Source: an uncultured Gemmatimonadales bacterium (GTDB lineage: Bacteria > Gemmatimonadota > Gemmatimonadetes > Gemmatimonadales > GWC2-71-9). Taken from it: a stretch of 64,000 bases of DNA. Shown here piece by piece: positions 1 through 11,003 of the stretch. A program made the translations under genes and the position numbers. Within the stretch, counting starts at the first letter, position 1; each line of letters opens with the position of its first letter. The notes under the pieces were generated by a model that saw only the letters and a list, made by a program, of their open reading frames with translations, was not told the DNA's origin and did not search any database. The stretch spans positions 256,001 to 320,000 of the forward strand of contig CAVSQW010000015.1 in the NCBI GenBank assembly GCA_963730185.1, in the 5' to 3' direction.

Positions 1-2
1 TC

Positions 3-683
3 GACGCCGCGGAGTGCCCGCCCACCTTCGGCACCGACCCGGCGATGGTGGTCGGGATCATCGCCGGTGGATTCCCGGCGCTGGTCCGCTCGGCCGAGGG
101 GGCCGAGGACGACGTCAACGCCGGGATCGCGGCGGTGGACACGAACCAGGTCACCGCCCGCGACGCGGTCGTCGGCATCGCCGCGAGCGGGGGCACGCCC
201 TACGTCCGCGCGGCGCTGGGCCGGGCCGCGACCCTGGGCGCCGGCACGGTGCTCGTCGCCTGCGCCGAGCCGCCGGCGCTCCTCAGGGACACTTGCGACG
301 TCTGCATCACCGTCCTGACCGGCCCCGAGGTGGTGACCGGCTCCACCCGGATGAAGGCCGGCACCGCCACCAAACTGGTGCTCAACACCCTCACCACCGG
401 CGCCATGATCCGGCTCGGGAAGACCTATGGCAACCTGATGGTCGACCTCCAGGCCTGGAGCGACAAGCTGGTGGACCGGGGCGAGCGGATCGTGATGGAC
501 GTGACCGGCGTGGACCGGGCCGCCGCCCGGCGGGCGATCGACCAGGCGGAGGGGAGCGTTCGCACCGCGATCGTGATGGTCAAACGGCGGCTGGATCGGC
601 CCGCGGCCGAGGCGTTGTTGGCTCGGCACGATCATCGGGTCCGGGCCGTGATCGGCGATCCGCCGCCGGTGAGCGGGCCATGA
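3..683 (+). CDS. murQ: N-acetylmuramic acid 6-phosphate etherase (5'-truncated by the window)
   Basis: Frame open from base 3: DAAECPPTFG...GIIAGG...EGAED...GIAASGGTPYV...GPEVVTGSTRMKAGTATKLVLN...GKTYGNLMVD, all MurQ signatures. Confidence 0.96.
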   Translation, partial: DAAECPPTFGTDPAMVVGIIAGGFPALVRSAEGAEDDVNAGIAAVDTNQVTARDAVVGIAASGGTPYVRAALGRAATLGAGTVLVACAEPPALLRDTCDVCITVLTGPEVVTGSTRMKAGTATKLVLNTLTTGAMIRLGKTYGNLMVDLQAWSDKLVDRGERIVMDVTGVDRAAARRAIDQAEGSVRTAIVMVKRRLDRPAAEALLARHDHRVRAVIGDPPPVSGP

Positions 684-1792
684 CCGAGCGGCCTACCCTC
701 GCGGTCGGGCTCATGTCGGGCACGTCGCTCGACGGGATGGACGCCGCCCTGGTCCGGTTCCGCGGCCCGACCGTGGCGGAGCTGGTCGCCTTCGTCAGTG
801 TTCCGTACCCCGCCGAGAGCCGGGCCCGGATCGAGCGGGCGATCGAATCGGGCGGGACCCGGGAGCTGGCCCTGCTCCATGCCGCCATCGGCGACTGGGC
901 CGTCGAGGCGGTGCAGCGGGTGCTGGCCGAGGGCCACACCCGCGCCAGCGACCTCGGACTGATCGCCTTTCCCGGACAGACCGTCTGGCACGAGCCGCCG
1001 GCCGTCACCTGGCAGCTGGGTGAGCCCTCCCGGCTCGCCGAGGCGTTCGGTGTCCGGGTCGTGAGCGGGTTCCGAGGGCGCGACCTCGCGGCCGGAGGGC
1101 AGGGGGCCCCCCTCGTCCCGATGGCCGACGTGCTGCTCTTCGGGGCCGATCACCCCCGGATCCTGCTCAACCTGGGCGGGATGGCCAACCTGACCTACGT
1201 GCCGCACCGGGCCGACGAGGGCGGCGCCTTCGCCTTCGATACCGGTCCAGGAATGGCGGTAATCGACCTGGCCGCCCGGCTCACCGATCCGGCGCTCCCC
1301 TACGACGTGGACGGCCGTCTGGCGGCCGCCGGCCGGGGCGACGACGCGGTGGTCGAGTCGCTCCTGGCCGACCCGTTCTTTGCCGAAGCCCCGCCCAAGA
1401 GCACCGGCCGGGAGCGCTTCGGTCGGGGCTTCGCCGAGGCGCTGGTGGCGCGGGTCCCGCCGCCCGATGCCGTGGCGACCGCGGTGGAGCTCACCGCCCG
1501 GAGCGTGGCCAGGGCCCTCGATCGCTGGACCCCGGGCGACGCCGAGGTGGTGGTCTCCGGGGGCGGGCGGCTTCACCCCGGCCTGATGGCCTCCCTGGCC
1601 GGCCATCTGGACGCGGGCGGCCGGTCCCATCCCCTGGTCCGGTTCGACGACCTCTTCTTCTCGGGCGACGCCAAGGAAGCCGTGGCCTTCGCCCTGCTCG
1701 GGTATCTGACGGTCCACGGTCAACCCGGTAACTTGCCGGCGGCCACCGGCGCGCGCGGGCCCCGCGTGCTGGGGACGGTGACGCCCGCGTGA
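680..1792 (+). CDS. anmK: Anhydro-N-acetylmuramic acid kinase
   Basis: ATG overlaps the murQ stop (ATGA); GLMSGTSLDGMD, GQTVWH, DLAAGGQGAPLVP, LNLGGMAN, FDTGPG, PPKSTGRE, KEAVAFA motifs. Confidence 0.96.
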   Translation: MTERPTLAVGLMSGTSLDGMDAALVRFRGPTVAELVAFVSVPYPAESRARIERAIESGGTRELALLHAAIGDWAVEAVQRVLAEGHTRASDLGLIAFPGQTVWHEPPAVTWQLGEPSRLAEAFGVRVVSGFRGRDLAAGGQGAPLVPMADVLLFGADHPRILLNLGGMANLTYVPHRADEGGAFAFDTGPGMAVIDLAARLTDPALPYDVDGRLAAAGRGDDAVVESLLADPFFAEAPPKSTGRERFGRGFAEALVARVPPPDAVATAVELTARSVARALDRWTPGDAEVVVSGGGRLHPGLMASLAGHLDAGGRSHPLVRFDDLFFSGDAKEAVAFALLGYLTVHGQPGNLPAATGARGPRVLGTVTPA

Positions 1793-3192
1793 GCCTCGGA
1801 CGGCTCGTCCTGCCCGGGCTCCGGTGGCGCGACGAGACCGGTTTTGCTCACGAGCGGCCCCTGATCGACCGGGCGCTTGCCTTCGGCTGCGGCGGCTTCA
1901 TCCTCTTTGGTGGCACGGCCGAGGCGGTGGCGGAGCTGACTCGCGACCTGACCGCCCAGGCCGGACGCCCGCTCTTGATCGGGGCTGACCTGGAGCGGGG
2001 GGCCGGCCAACAGGTGCGAGGGCTGACCGACGTGCCGCCTCCGGGAGCGTTGGCGTCGCTCGATGATCTCGACCTGATCCGGTGGGCCGGTGCCATGACC
2101 GGCGCCGAAGCCCGGTCGGTGGGGATCGACTGGGTCTACGCCCCCGACGCCGATCTCGATCTCGCGGCCGAGAATCCCATCGTCCAAACCCGGTCGTTCG
2201 GGGCCGACCCGGCCCGGGTCGCGGCTGCGGTCACCGCCTGGATCGAGGGCTGCCAGGCCACCGGGGCGCTGGCCTGCGCCAAGCATTTTCCGGGGCACGG
2301 GCGCACCGTGGTCGATTCGCACGACCGGATGCCCGAAGTCTCGACCTCGCGGGACCAGCTGGCCTCGACCGATCTGGTTCCGTTCCGGGCCGCGATCGAG
2401 GCCGGCGTGGCGTCGGTGATGACCGCGCACGTGAGCTATCGCGCCCTCGATCCGGCCGGCCGGCCGGCCACCCTCTCGCCCCCGGTGCTCGACCTCCTCC
2501 GGGGTGAGCTCGGCTTCGACGGTCTGGTGGTGACCGACGCCCTGATCATGAAGGGGGCCTTCCAGGACACCCGTCCCGAGGTCGCGGCGGTCGACTCGCT
2601 CGTCGCCGGCGTGGACCTGCTGCTCTATCCCATCGATCCGGCGGCGACCCACGCGGAGCTGGAGCGGCGCGCCGGCGCCGACCCGGCCGTGCGGGTGGCC
2701 GTCGACCGGGCGTTAGGCAGCTATCACCGGGGCCTGACCCGGGCGGGCCTGACCCCGTCGGGCCCGATCCCCGCCGATCGGTCGGCCGAGGCGGCGCGGC
2801 GGCTGCTCGACGCGAAGGCCCCACCCGGCCTCCGGCTCCGAGCGCCGATCGAGCTGGTGGTGGTGGACGACGACACCGACGGCGCCTGGCCGGCGAGTCC
2901 GAGCGACGTCACGGAGCGGGCGCTCCGGAACGCCGGCGTTCCCCTCGGGCCGGGTGGCAGCCGAGTGGTTCTGGTCTTTGCCGAGCCCCGGGCCTCCAAG
3001 GGACGGGCCGGCCTCGGCGCCAGGAGCCGTCAGGAGCTGGCCGCCGCGTGGCCGGCCGACCTCGTGGCGCTGTTCGCCCATCCCAGGATCGAGGCCGAGC
3101 TGCCGGGCGGGGCTCCGCTGATCCGGGCCTGGCACCGCCAGCGGCTGATGCAGGAGGCCGTCGCTGGCTGGATTCGGGAGCGGCTCGGGTGA
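1789..3192 (+). CDS. nagZ: GH3 beta-N-acetylhexosaminidase
   Basis: ADLERG, RSFG, KHFPGHGRTVVDSH NagZ signature, VVTDALIM nucleophile region; GTGA overlap with anmK; no signal peptide. Confidence 0.9.
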   Translation: MSLGRLVLPGLRWRDETGFAHERPLIDRALAFGCGGFILFGGTAEAVAELTRDLTAQAGRPLLIGADLERGAGQQVRGLTDVPPPGALASLDDLDLIRWAGAMTGAEARSVGIDWVYAPDADLDLAAENPIVQTRSFGADPARVAAAVTAWIEGCQATGALACAKHFPGHGRTVVDSHDRMPEVSTSRDQLASTDLVPFRAAIEAGVASVMTAHVSYRALDPAGRPATLSPPVLDLLRGELGFDGLVVTDALIMKGAFQDTRPEVAAVDSLVAGVDLLLYPIDPAATHAELERRAGADPAVRVAVDRALGSYHRGLTRAGLTPSGPIPADRSAEAARRLLDAKAPPGLRLRAPIELVVVDDDTDGAWPASPSDVTERALRNAGVPLGPGGSRVVLVFAEPRASKGRAGLGARSRQELAAAWPADLVALFAHPRIEAELPGGAPLIRAWHRQRLMQEAVAGWIRERLG

Positions 3193-4823
3193 GCTGGCTC
3201 GACTGGACCGTGGTGCTCGCCTATCTGGCGCTGACCCTGACGATCGGACTGGTGCTGGCCCGCCGGGGGGCGCGGAACATGGCGGAGTTCTTCGTGGGCG
3301 GGCGGGCCATTCCCTGGTGGCTCGCGGCGGCCTCGATGGCGGCGACCACCTTCAACGTCGACACCCCCCTCTATGTGGCGGGACGGGTGGCCCAGGCGGG
3401 CGTGGCCGGCAACTGGGAGTGGTGGTGCTTCGCCTTCGCGCACGTGCTGCTCGCCGTCGTCCTGGCCAAGCTCTGGCGGCGGGCCAACGTGCTCACCGAC
3501 ATGGAGCTCACCGAGCTGCGCTACGCCGGGTCGCCGGCGGCCGCGCTCCGGGCCACCCGCGCCTTCATCTTCGCGGTGCCCCTCAACTGCATCAGCATCG
3601 GCTACGGGATGCTCGCGATGCGGAAGGTGGTGGTCGCCCTCGGCCTCCTCGACCACCTGCCCGCCATGCCCGGCGACGCCCGGCTCTGGGCCCTGCTCCC
3701 GATCGTGGTGGTGGTGCTGATCTACACTGCGGTCTCGGGGATCTGGGGCGTTGTGGCCACCGACTTCCTCCAGTACATCCTCGCCCTCGTCGGCGCCGTG
3801 CTGGTGATGAGCTACGCCTTGCACGAGGTTGGCGGGGTCGGTTCTTTGGTCGCCGCGCTCCGGGCCCAGGGGAAGGGACATCACCTCGACCTGCTGCCCA
3901 CCGGGGAAGGGGCGCTGGTGCCCCTCTCCACCTTTCTGGGATACGTGACCATTCAGTGGTGGGCGTTCCGGAACTCGGACGGGGGCGGGATCTTCGTCCA
4001 GCGGCTGGCCGGGACCGCAGACGAGCGCGAGGCTACCCGGGCGGCCCACCTGTTCAATCTGCTGAACTACGTGATTCGGACCTGGCCCTGGGTGCTGGTG
4101 GGGCTCGCGGCGTTGGTGATCCTCCCGGGGCTCGCCGATCCGGAGACCGCGTACCCGCTGCTCATGGTCCGGTACCTCCCGAGCGGGCTGCTGGGCCTGG
4201 TGTTCGCTTCGTTGCTCGCGGCGTTCATGTCGACCGTGTCGACCCAGGTGAACTGGGGCGCCAGCTACCTGGTCAACGATCTCTACGCCCGCTTCGGCGG
4301 GGTGGACGATCAGGCCAAGCTCATTCGGGCGGCTCGCCTGGCGACGGTGGGCATCACGGTGCTCGCGGCGGCGCTCTCGTTCGTGATGGACAGCGTGGGG
4401 CAGGTCTTTCGGTTCCTGATCCTGATCGGGAACGGGCCCGGCCTGGTGCTCCTCCTTCGCTGGTTCTGGTGGCGGATCAATGCGTGGGCGGAGATTTCGG
4501 CCATGCTGGCGGGACTCGGGCTCGCGCTGGTGTCGTATCTCCCCCGGTTCGGCGCGCTGACCTTCGGCCAGCGGCTGGCGCTCACCGCGTTCGGCTCACT
4601 CGCCGTCTGGGTGCCGGTCATGTTCCTGACCCGGCCCGAGCCGGCGGCGGTGCTGGACGGCTTCTATCGTCGGGTCCGGCCGGGCGGGGCGTGGGGACCG
4701 ATCCGCGCCCGGGTGGGGCTGGCCGCGCTCGATCCGCTGGGGCCTGATCTGGTCCGGTGGGTGGGGTGGACGGTGGCGGTGCTGGGGAGCACCCTCGGGA
4801 TCGGCTGGCTGATCCTTCGTTAG
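3189..4823 (+). CDS. Sodium:solute symporter (SSS) family transporter
   Basis: GTG overlaps the nagZ stop; many hydrophobic segments; EFFVGGRAIPWW, SMAATTF, TDFLQ, AAFMST SSS motifs. Confidence 0.9.
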   Translation: MSWLDWTVVLAYLALTLTIGLVLARRGARNMAEFFVGGRAIPWWLAAASMAATTFNVDTPLYVAGRVAQAGVAGNWEWWCFAFAHVLLAVVLAKLWRRANVLTDMELTELRYAGSPAAALRATRAFIFAVPLNCISIGYGMLAMRKVVVALGLLDHLPAMPGDARLWALLPIVVVVLIYTAVSGIWGVVATDFLQYILALVGAVLVMSYALHEVGGVGSLVAALRAQGKGHHLDLLPTGEGALVPLSTFLGYVTIQWWAFRNSDGGGIFVQRLAGTADEREATRAAHLFNLLNYVIRTWPWVLVGLAALVILPGLADPETAYPLLMVRYLPSGLLGLVFASLLAAFMSTVSTQVNWGASYLVNDLYARFGGVDDQAKLIRAARLATVGITVLAAALSFVMDSVGQVFRFLILIGNGPGLVLLLRWFWWRINAWAEISAMLAGLGLALVSYLPRFGALTFGQRLALTAFGSLAVWVPVMFLTRPEPAAVLDGFYRRVRPGGAWGPIRARVGLAALDPLGPDLVRWVGWTVAVLGSTLGIGWLILR

Positions 4824-4831
4824 GCAGCCGG

Positions 4832-6199
4832 TTAGGGGGCGCCCGCCAGGGCCCGGATCAGCCGGGCGGGCACCGCGTATACCACGCCCGGGGCCGACCG
4901 ACCGGGGTCGCCGCCCGAGACCACGCCCGCCACCTCGCCGGTCGGGCCCAGTACCGGGCTTCCCGACGAACCCCCCGTTCCGTAGCCGTCGATCGTGAGC
5001 AGGTCGGGACCGGCGGCCCGGAGCGTGCCGACGGTCGCCGTCGCGCTCACCCCCGTGGATCGCCAGTCGCCCAACGAGTCGAGCCCGCCGGGATAGCCCA
5101 CCAGCGCCACCGGCGCGCCCACCGCCAGAGAGTCGACCAAACCGGCGACCACCGGCGCCCCGCCCCGGATCCGCGCCATCAACAGCGCCAGGTCGGCGCG
5201 ATCGTCCACCCGGATCAGGGTGGCCCGAAAGGCCTGCCCGGTGCCGTCGAAGATCACCGCCAGCCGGTTGGCCATCAGCCCGGCCGAGTCCTGCACCAGA
5301 TGGCGGGCGGTGACGATCAGCACGGTGTCGCCGCGCGACCGGATCGCGAATCCGCTCCCCGAGAGCACCCGGCCGTCGTGTCCCTCGGCCACCACCACGG
5401 CCACCGCCCGCTGGCTCGCCTTGGCGGCCGCGGCCGGGTCGAAGCGGGCCGCGCTCAGGACCTGGCCGTGGAGCGCCGCGTCGACCGACACCCGCCGGGT
5501 CAGGGTGTCCAGCCGGTCCGCGGTGGCCCGGCCGGTCGCGATCGTGGCTCTGAGCGACGCCACCTCGCTCCGGGCCGTCGCCAGGGCACTCTCGATCCCG
5601 CTGGCTTGGGACCGGGTCGCCTCGATCCGGGTCAGGAGGTCGTCCACCCGGCTCAACAGGGCCGAGCGCTGCGTCTCGAGCTCGGCCCGCTCCCGGCGGG
5701 TTCGCCAGGCCATCTGGCTCATCGTCAGGCCCGCGATCGCCAGGGTGCCGACGACGATCCACTTCCAGCGCGAGGTCTGACGGCGGACCTCGACCTGGAT
5801 CCGGTCGGTGGTCCGGGTGCGGGGTCGGCGGATCCGGCTCGCCGGCTCGGGTTGGGGCGCCTCGGTGGGCGCCGGCGCGCGCGGCGCCACGTCGGTCACG
5901 CTGAACTCGAGCCGAGGCCCTTCGAGACCGAACTGGATCAGGTCGCCCGGCTCGAGGGGGCGGTCGCTCCGGATCCGGCGACCGTTCACGAAGGTGCCGT
6001 TGGTGCTCCCGAGGTCGCGGAGCATGAAGCCGCCGCCTTGCTTGAACACGGCGGCGTGCCGGACCGAGACCTGGAGGTCACCCTCGGGATCGAACGGCAC
6101 GTCCGAGCCGGGATGGCGGCCGATGGTCGCGAAATCGTTGGCCGACACTCGGGTGCGGTCGGCCATCGCCCCATCGAGGTACCGGAACTGCGCGAACAT
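4832..6199 (-). CDS. FHA domain - TM - coiled coil - trypsin-like serine protease
   Basis: FHA motifs IGR...VSVRHA...DLGSTNGTFVNG; TM WKWIVVGTLAIAGL; triad motifs TARH, DLALL, GGSSGSPV. Confidence 0.88.
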   Translation of the reverse strand: MFAQFRYLDGAMADRTRVSANDFATIGRHPGSDVPFDPEGDLQVSVRHAAVFKQGGGFMLRDLGSTNGTFVNGRRIRSDRPLEPGDLIQFGLEGPRLEFSVTDVAPRAPAPTEAPQPEPASRIRRPRTRTTDRIQVEVRRQTSRWKWIVVGTLAIAGLTMSQMAWRTRRERAELETQRSALLSRVDDLLTRIEATRSQASGIESALATARSEVASLRATIATGRATADRLDTLTRRVSVDAALHGQVLSAARFDPAAAAKASQRAVAVVVAEGHDGRVLSGSGFAIRSRGDTVLIVTARHLVQDSAGLMANRLAVIFDGTGQAFRATLIRVDDRADLALLMARIRGGAPVVAGLVDSLAVGAPVALVGYPGGLDSLGDWRSTGVSATATVGTLRAAGPDLLTIDGYGTGGSSGSPVLGPTGEVAGVVSGGDPGRSAPGVVYAVPARLIRALAGAP

Positions 6200-6209
6200 G
6201 TCGGTTCGG

Positions 6210-7252
6210 TCAGCCGAAGGCGCGAAGCAGGAGGAAGACGACCAGCAGGACGATCAGGAGCCCGGCGCCGACCGCCGCAATCGTCGTCGGGGTGCCGGAG
6301 CGGGCGCCCTCGACCTCGACCGGCGGCGCCGGCGCGATCGCCGCCTCCACCGGCGCGGGGACGGGCGCCTCGCCCGAGGTCTCGGCGTCGGGGGTGGGAT
6401 AGACGTGATAGCCGATGTCGTCGGCGACGGTTGGCGGGGGGAGGCCCGGGCCGTCGAACTGGCCCACTACCACCGTGATGTTGTCGGGGCCGCCGCGCTC
6501 GTTCGCGAGGTCGATCAGGTGGTCGCAGATCGCGTTGACGTCGCCGCTCGCGTTGACCACGTCGGCGATCTCGTCCCGCTTGACCTGGCCGGACAGCCCA
6601 TCGGAGCAGAGCACCACGATGTCGCCGCGGGCCAGGTCCTGATAGGTCACGTCGACCCGGATCTTGGCGTCGGGGCCCAGGGCCTGGAGGATGATGTTCC
6701 GCCGCTCGCTCACGGCGGCCTGCTCTTCGGTCAGCTCGCCGGCGTCGATCAGGCGCTGCATCAAGGACTGGTCCTTGGTGAGCTGGATCGCCACGCTCTG
6801 CCGGACCATGTAGGCCCGGCTGTCGCCCACTTGGGCGAGGTAGAGCCGATTGCCGAGCACGCCCACCACGGTCGAGGTCGTGCCCATGCCCCGGGCGTCG
6901 GGGTGCTCTTTGGCGTACTCGTGGATCCGGGCGTTGGCGAGCTCGACGGCCAACCGGATATGACGGATGAAGTCGTCTCCGCCGACCTCGTTGCTCCGGC
7001 CCCAGGAAATGGCTAGGTGCTGGAAGATGAGATCGGCCGCCATGGCGCTCGCCAGCTCACCCGCCGCGGCGCCGCCCATCCCGTCCGCCACCAGCAACAG
7101 GGTCCCGCGGGGCCCGATCGACGCGTGGCCGTCGACCAGAAAGTCGGTCGTGCCCCGGGTCAGGTCGGCCACGAGGAAGGTGTCCTCGTTGTGGTCGCGA
7201 GTCCGGCCCCGATCGGTCTTGGCGCCGAGGCGGAGGACGATCCCGGAATCGG

Positions 7253-7256
<4 letters not shown>
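6210..7256 (-). CDS. PP2C (Stp1-type) Ser/Thr phosphatase with C-terminal TM anchor
   Basis: TDRGRTRDHNED, VADGMGG, GMGTT, VGDSRAY, LCSDGL, GGPDNIT; hydrophobic C-terminus; ATG at 7256 overlaps the kinase stop. Confidence 0.93.
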
Positions 7257-8791
<1,535 letters not shown>

Positions 8792-8919
8792 GGACCGTCC
8801 TCGAGGTTCTTTCGCTGTTTCACTGAGGGACGCTTCGCAGGGCGCAATCTAGGCCCGTGCGGCGGGAAGCGTCAACCGGACAATTGATGTAAGTCATAGT
8901 CGCTGTGTACCTTGCGGCG

Positions 8920-10962
8920 ATGCCTCATATCCGCCGGTTCGGCCTCGTCGGGCTGCTTCTGACCGCCGCCGCCTGCACCGGAACGCCGATCGTGCCGCGT
9001 CCGGAGCCCGAGCCGGCCGTCCTGGCACCGAAAAACCCGAGCCAACCGCCGCCGGCGGTGTCGGACCCTGATCCCTGGCCTCGGGTGCGGGGGCCCGCCC
9101 GCCCCGAGCCGTTGCCGCCGGTGCCCTCCGTTGCCGGACCGCTGGCGATTCACGTGGTCTACCCCGGACCTACGGATGTCGTGACGGTGGAAGATTCGAG
9201 CTTTCTGCTCGGCTCGGTCGGCGACGGGCGGGCCGCGCTCGCCGTCAACGGCGTCCCGGTGCCGGTCGCGCCTAACGGGGCTTTCCTCGCCTGGGTCCGG
9301 TATCCCGACCGCTCGCCCGCGCCGTTTCGTCTGGTCGCCACCCTCGGGGCCGATTCGGCCGTCGGGGAGGTTCTGGTCCGGCGGGCCCCCCGCTACCGCC
9401 CCTCGCCTGGGGCGTCGGTCTGGGTCGATACCACCAGCTTCGCGCCCCGGGGGCGGGTCTGGTGGCCGCCGGACGAGCCCCTCGCCCTGACCGTGCGGGC
9501 GGCGGCCGGGCTCCGCGTCACCCTCCTCCTGCCGGGAGGCCACCGGGTGGAATTTGCGGAGGACAGCGCCGCGCCCGACGTGCCGGAGGCGATCCGTGCC
9601 TTCGATCGGGAGCCGGACCGTCTGCACCGGCCGGCCCCGGGCCGGATCTACCGGGCTCAGGTCAGGAACCTCACCGTCGGCGAGCGATTGCCCGACGTGC
9701 TGGCCGACCCTCCCGCGCCCGGCGCCCGGCGAGGTCGGCGGGGCGGGCCCCGCGCCCGCTGGGCCATCCTTCGGGCGGTCGGCGGTCGCGACACCCTCCT
9801 GACCCGGTGGCCCCTGTCGCTCGCGCCGCTCGACCCGCTGGCCGTCGCCGCCCGGCTCGACGACGACCCGGAACGCACCGGCGCCACCGACTCGATCACG
9901 GTCGGGCGGGCCCATCCGGGCGCCACCTATCACTGGTTCTTTCCCACCGGGACGGTCTCCCGGGTTACGGGCCGGATTGAGGACGATCTCCGCCTCGGTC
10001 TCGCCGCGAACCAGACCGCCTGGGTGGCCGCCGGCGAGGCCCAGGCCGAACCCGGCGCGGTGGCCGCCCGCCCGGCCGACGTCGGGTCGATCACCCTGAT
10101 CCCGGACTCCGATCGGACGGTGGCCCGGATCCCGGTGTCGCGGCGGGTGCCCTACCAGCTGACCGAGACCGACCACCGCCTGACGCTCACCCTCTACGAC
10201 GCCTCGGCCGACGTGAACTGGCTCCGCTACGGGCCCGGTGACGGGCTCGTCCGGCGGGTGGACTGGCGCCAGGTCGCCGCCGATCGGGTCGACCTCGCCT
10301 TCACGCTCGATCGGCCGGTGTGGGGCTACCGGGCCCGCTGGGACGGCCGCGATCTGCTGCTCGAGATTCGTCGCCCGCCCCAGGTCGATCCGGCGGCTCC
10401 GCTCGCCGGGCGGTTGATCGTCGTCGATCCGGGCCACCCGCCGACCGGCGCGACCGGCCCGACCGGCCTGACCGAGGCCGAGGCCAATCTCGGCATCGCT
10501 CGCGAGCTCCGCCGCCTGCTGATCGACGCCGGCGCTCGGGTCATCCTGACCCGGGACGGACCCGAGCCGGTCGACCTGGCCGCCCGGCCGCGCCTGGCCG
10601 ACCAGGTCGGCGCGGACGTCCTGGTCTCGATTCACAACAACGCGCTCCCCGATGGAGTGAATCCGGCCGGCAACGTCGGGTCCAGCGTCTTCTACTTCCA
10701 GCCGCGAAGCCTGCCGCTCGCCCGGGCGATCCAGAACGGTCTGGCCCGCCGGCTGGCGGTCCCGGTGCTGGGCGTGGCCCGCGGCGATCTGGCGCTGGCC
10801 CGGCCCACCTGGATGCCGGCGGTGCTGGTGGAAGGCCTCTTCATGATCGTGCCCCAGCAGGAAGCGGCCCTTCGCACCGAGGAGGTCCGGCGCCGCTACG
10901 CCGAGGCGGTGGCCGAGGGGCTGGCCGATTTTCTGGCCACCCGGGGGCGCGCCGATCGCTAG
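8920..10962 (+). CDS. N-acetylmuramoyl-L-alanine amidase (Amidase_3), lipoprotein
   Basis: Lipobox LTAAAC; C-terminal VVDPGH...E.EANL...VSIHNNA...VLVE zinc/catalytic motifs. Confidence 0.88.
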   Translation: MPHIRRFGLVGLLLTAAACTGTPIVPRPEPEPAVLAPKNPSQPPPAVSDPDPWPRVRGPARPEPLPPVPSVAGPLAIHVVYPGPTDVVTVEDSSFLLGSVGDGRAALAVNGVPVPVAPNGAFLAWVRYPDRSPAPFRLVATLGADSAVGEVLVRRAPRYRPSPGASVWVDTTSFAPRGRVWWPPDEPLALTVRAAAGLRVTLLLPGGHRVEFAEDSAAPDVPEAIRAFDREPDRLHRPAPGRIYRAQVRNLTVGERLPDVLADPPAPGARRGRRGGPRARWAILRAVGGRDTLLTRWPLSLAPLDPLAVAARLDDDPERTGATDSITVGRAHPGATYHWFFPTGTVSRVTGRIEDDLRLGLAANQTAWVAAGEAQAEPGAVAARPADVGSITLIPDSDRTVARIPVSRRVPYQLTETDHRLTLTLYDASADVNWLRYGPGDGLVRRVDWRQVAADRVDLAFTLDRPVWGYRARWDGRDLLLEIRRPPQVDPAAPLAGRLIVVDPGHPPTGATGPTGLTEAEANLGIARELRRLLIDAGARVILTRDGPEPVDLAARPRLADQVGADVLVSIHNNALPDGVNPAGNVGSSVFYFQPRSLPLARAIQNGLARRLAVPVLGVARGDLALARPTWMPAVLVEGLFMIVPQQEAALRTEEVRRRYAEAVAEGLADFLATRGRADR

Positions 10963-11003
10963 CTCGGTGTGCCTGCTGGCGGGGATCGGACGTCTATATC
11001 CAC

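Noticed and set aside
14..679. Apparent 592-aa AnmK with a long N-terminal extension (similar extensions on ORF-track calls at 3048, 10320, 21132, 46184, 51010, 58146)
   Set aside because: The extensions are Arg/Gly/Pro-rich off-frame readings of neighbouring genes or intergenic DNA; true starts lie downstream, mostly at stop/start overlaps or RBS-supported codons.
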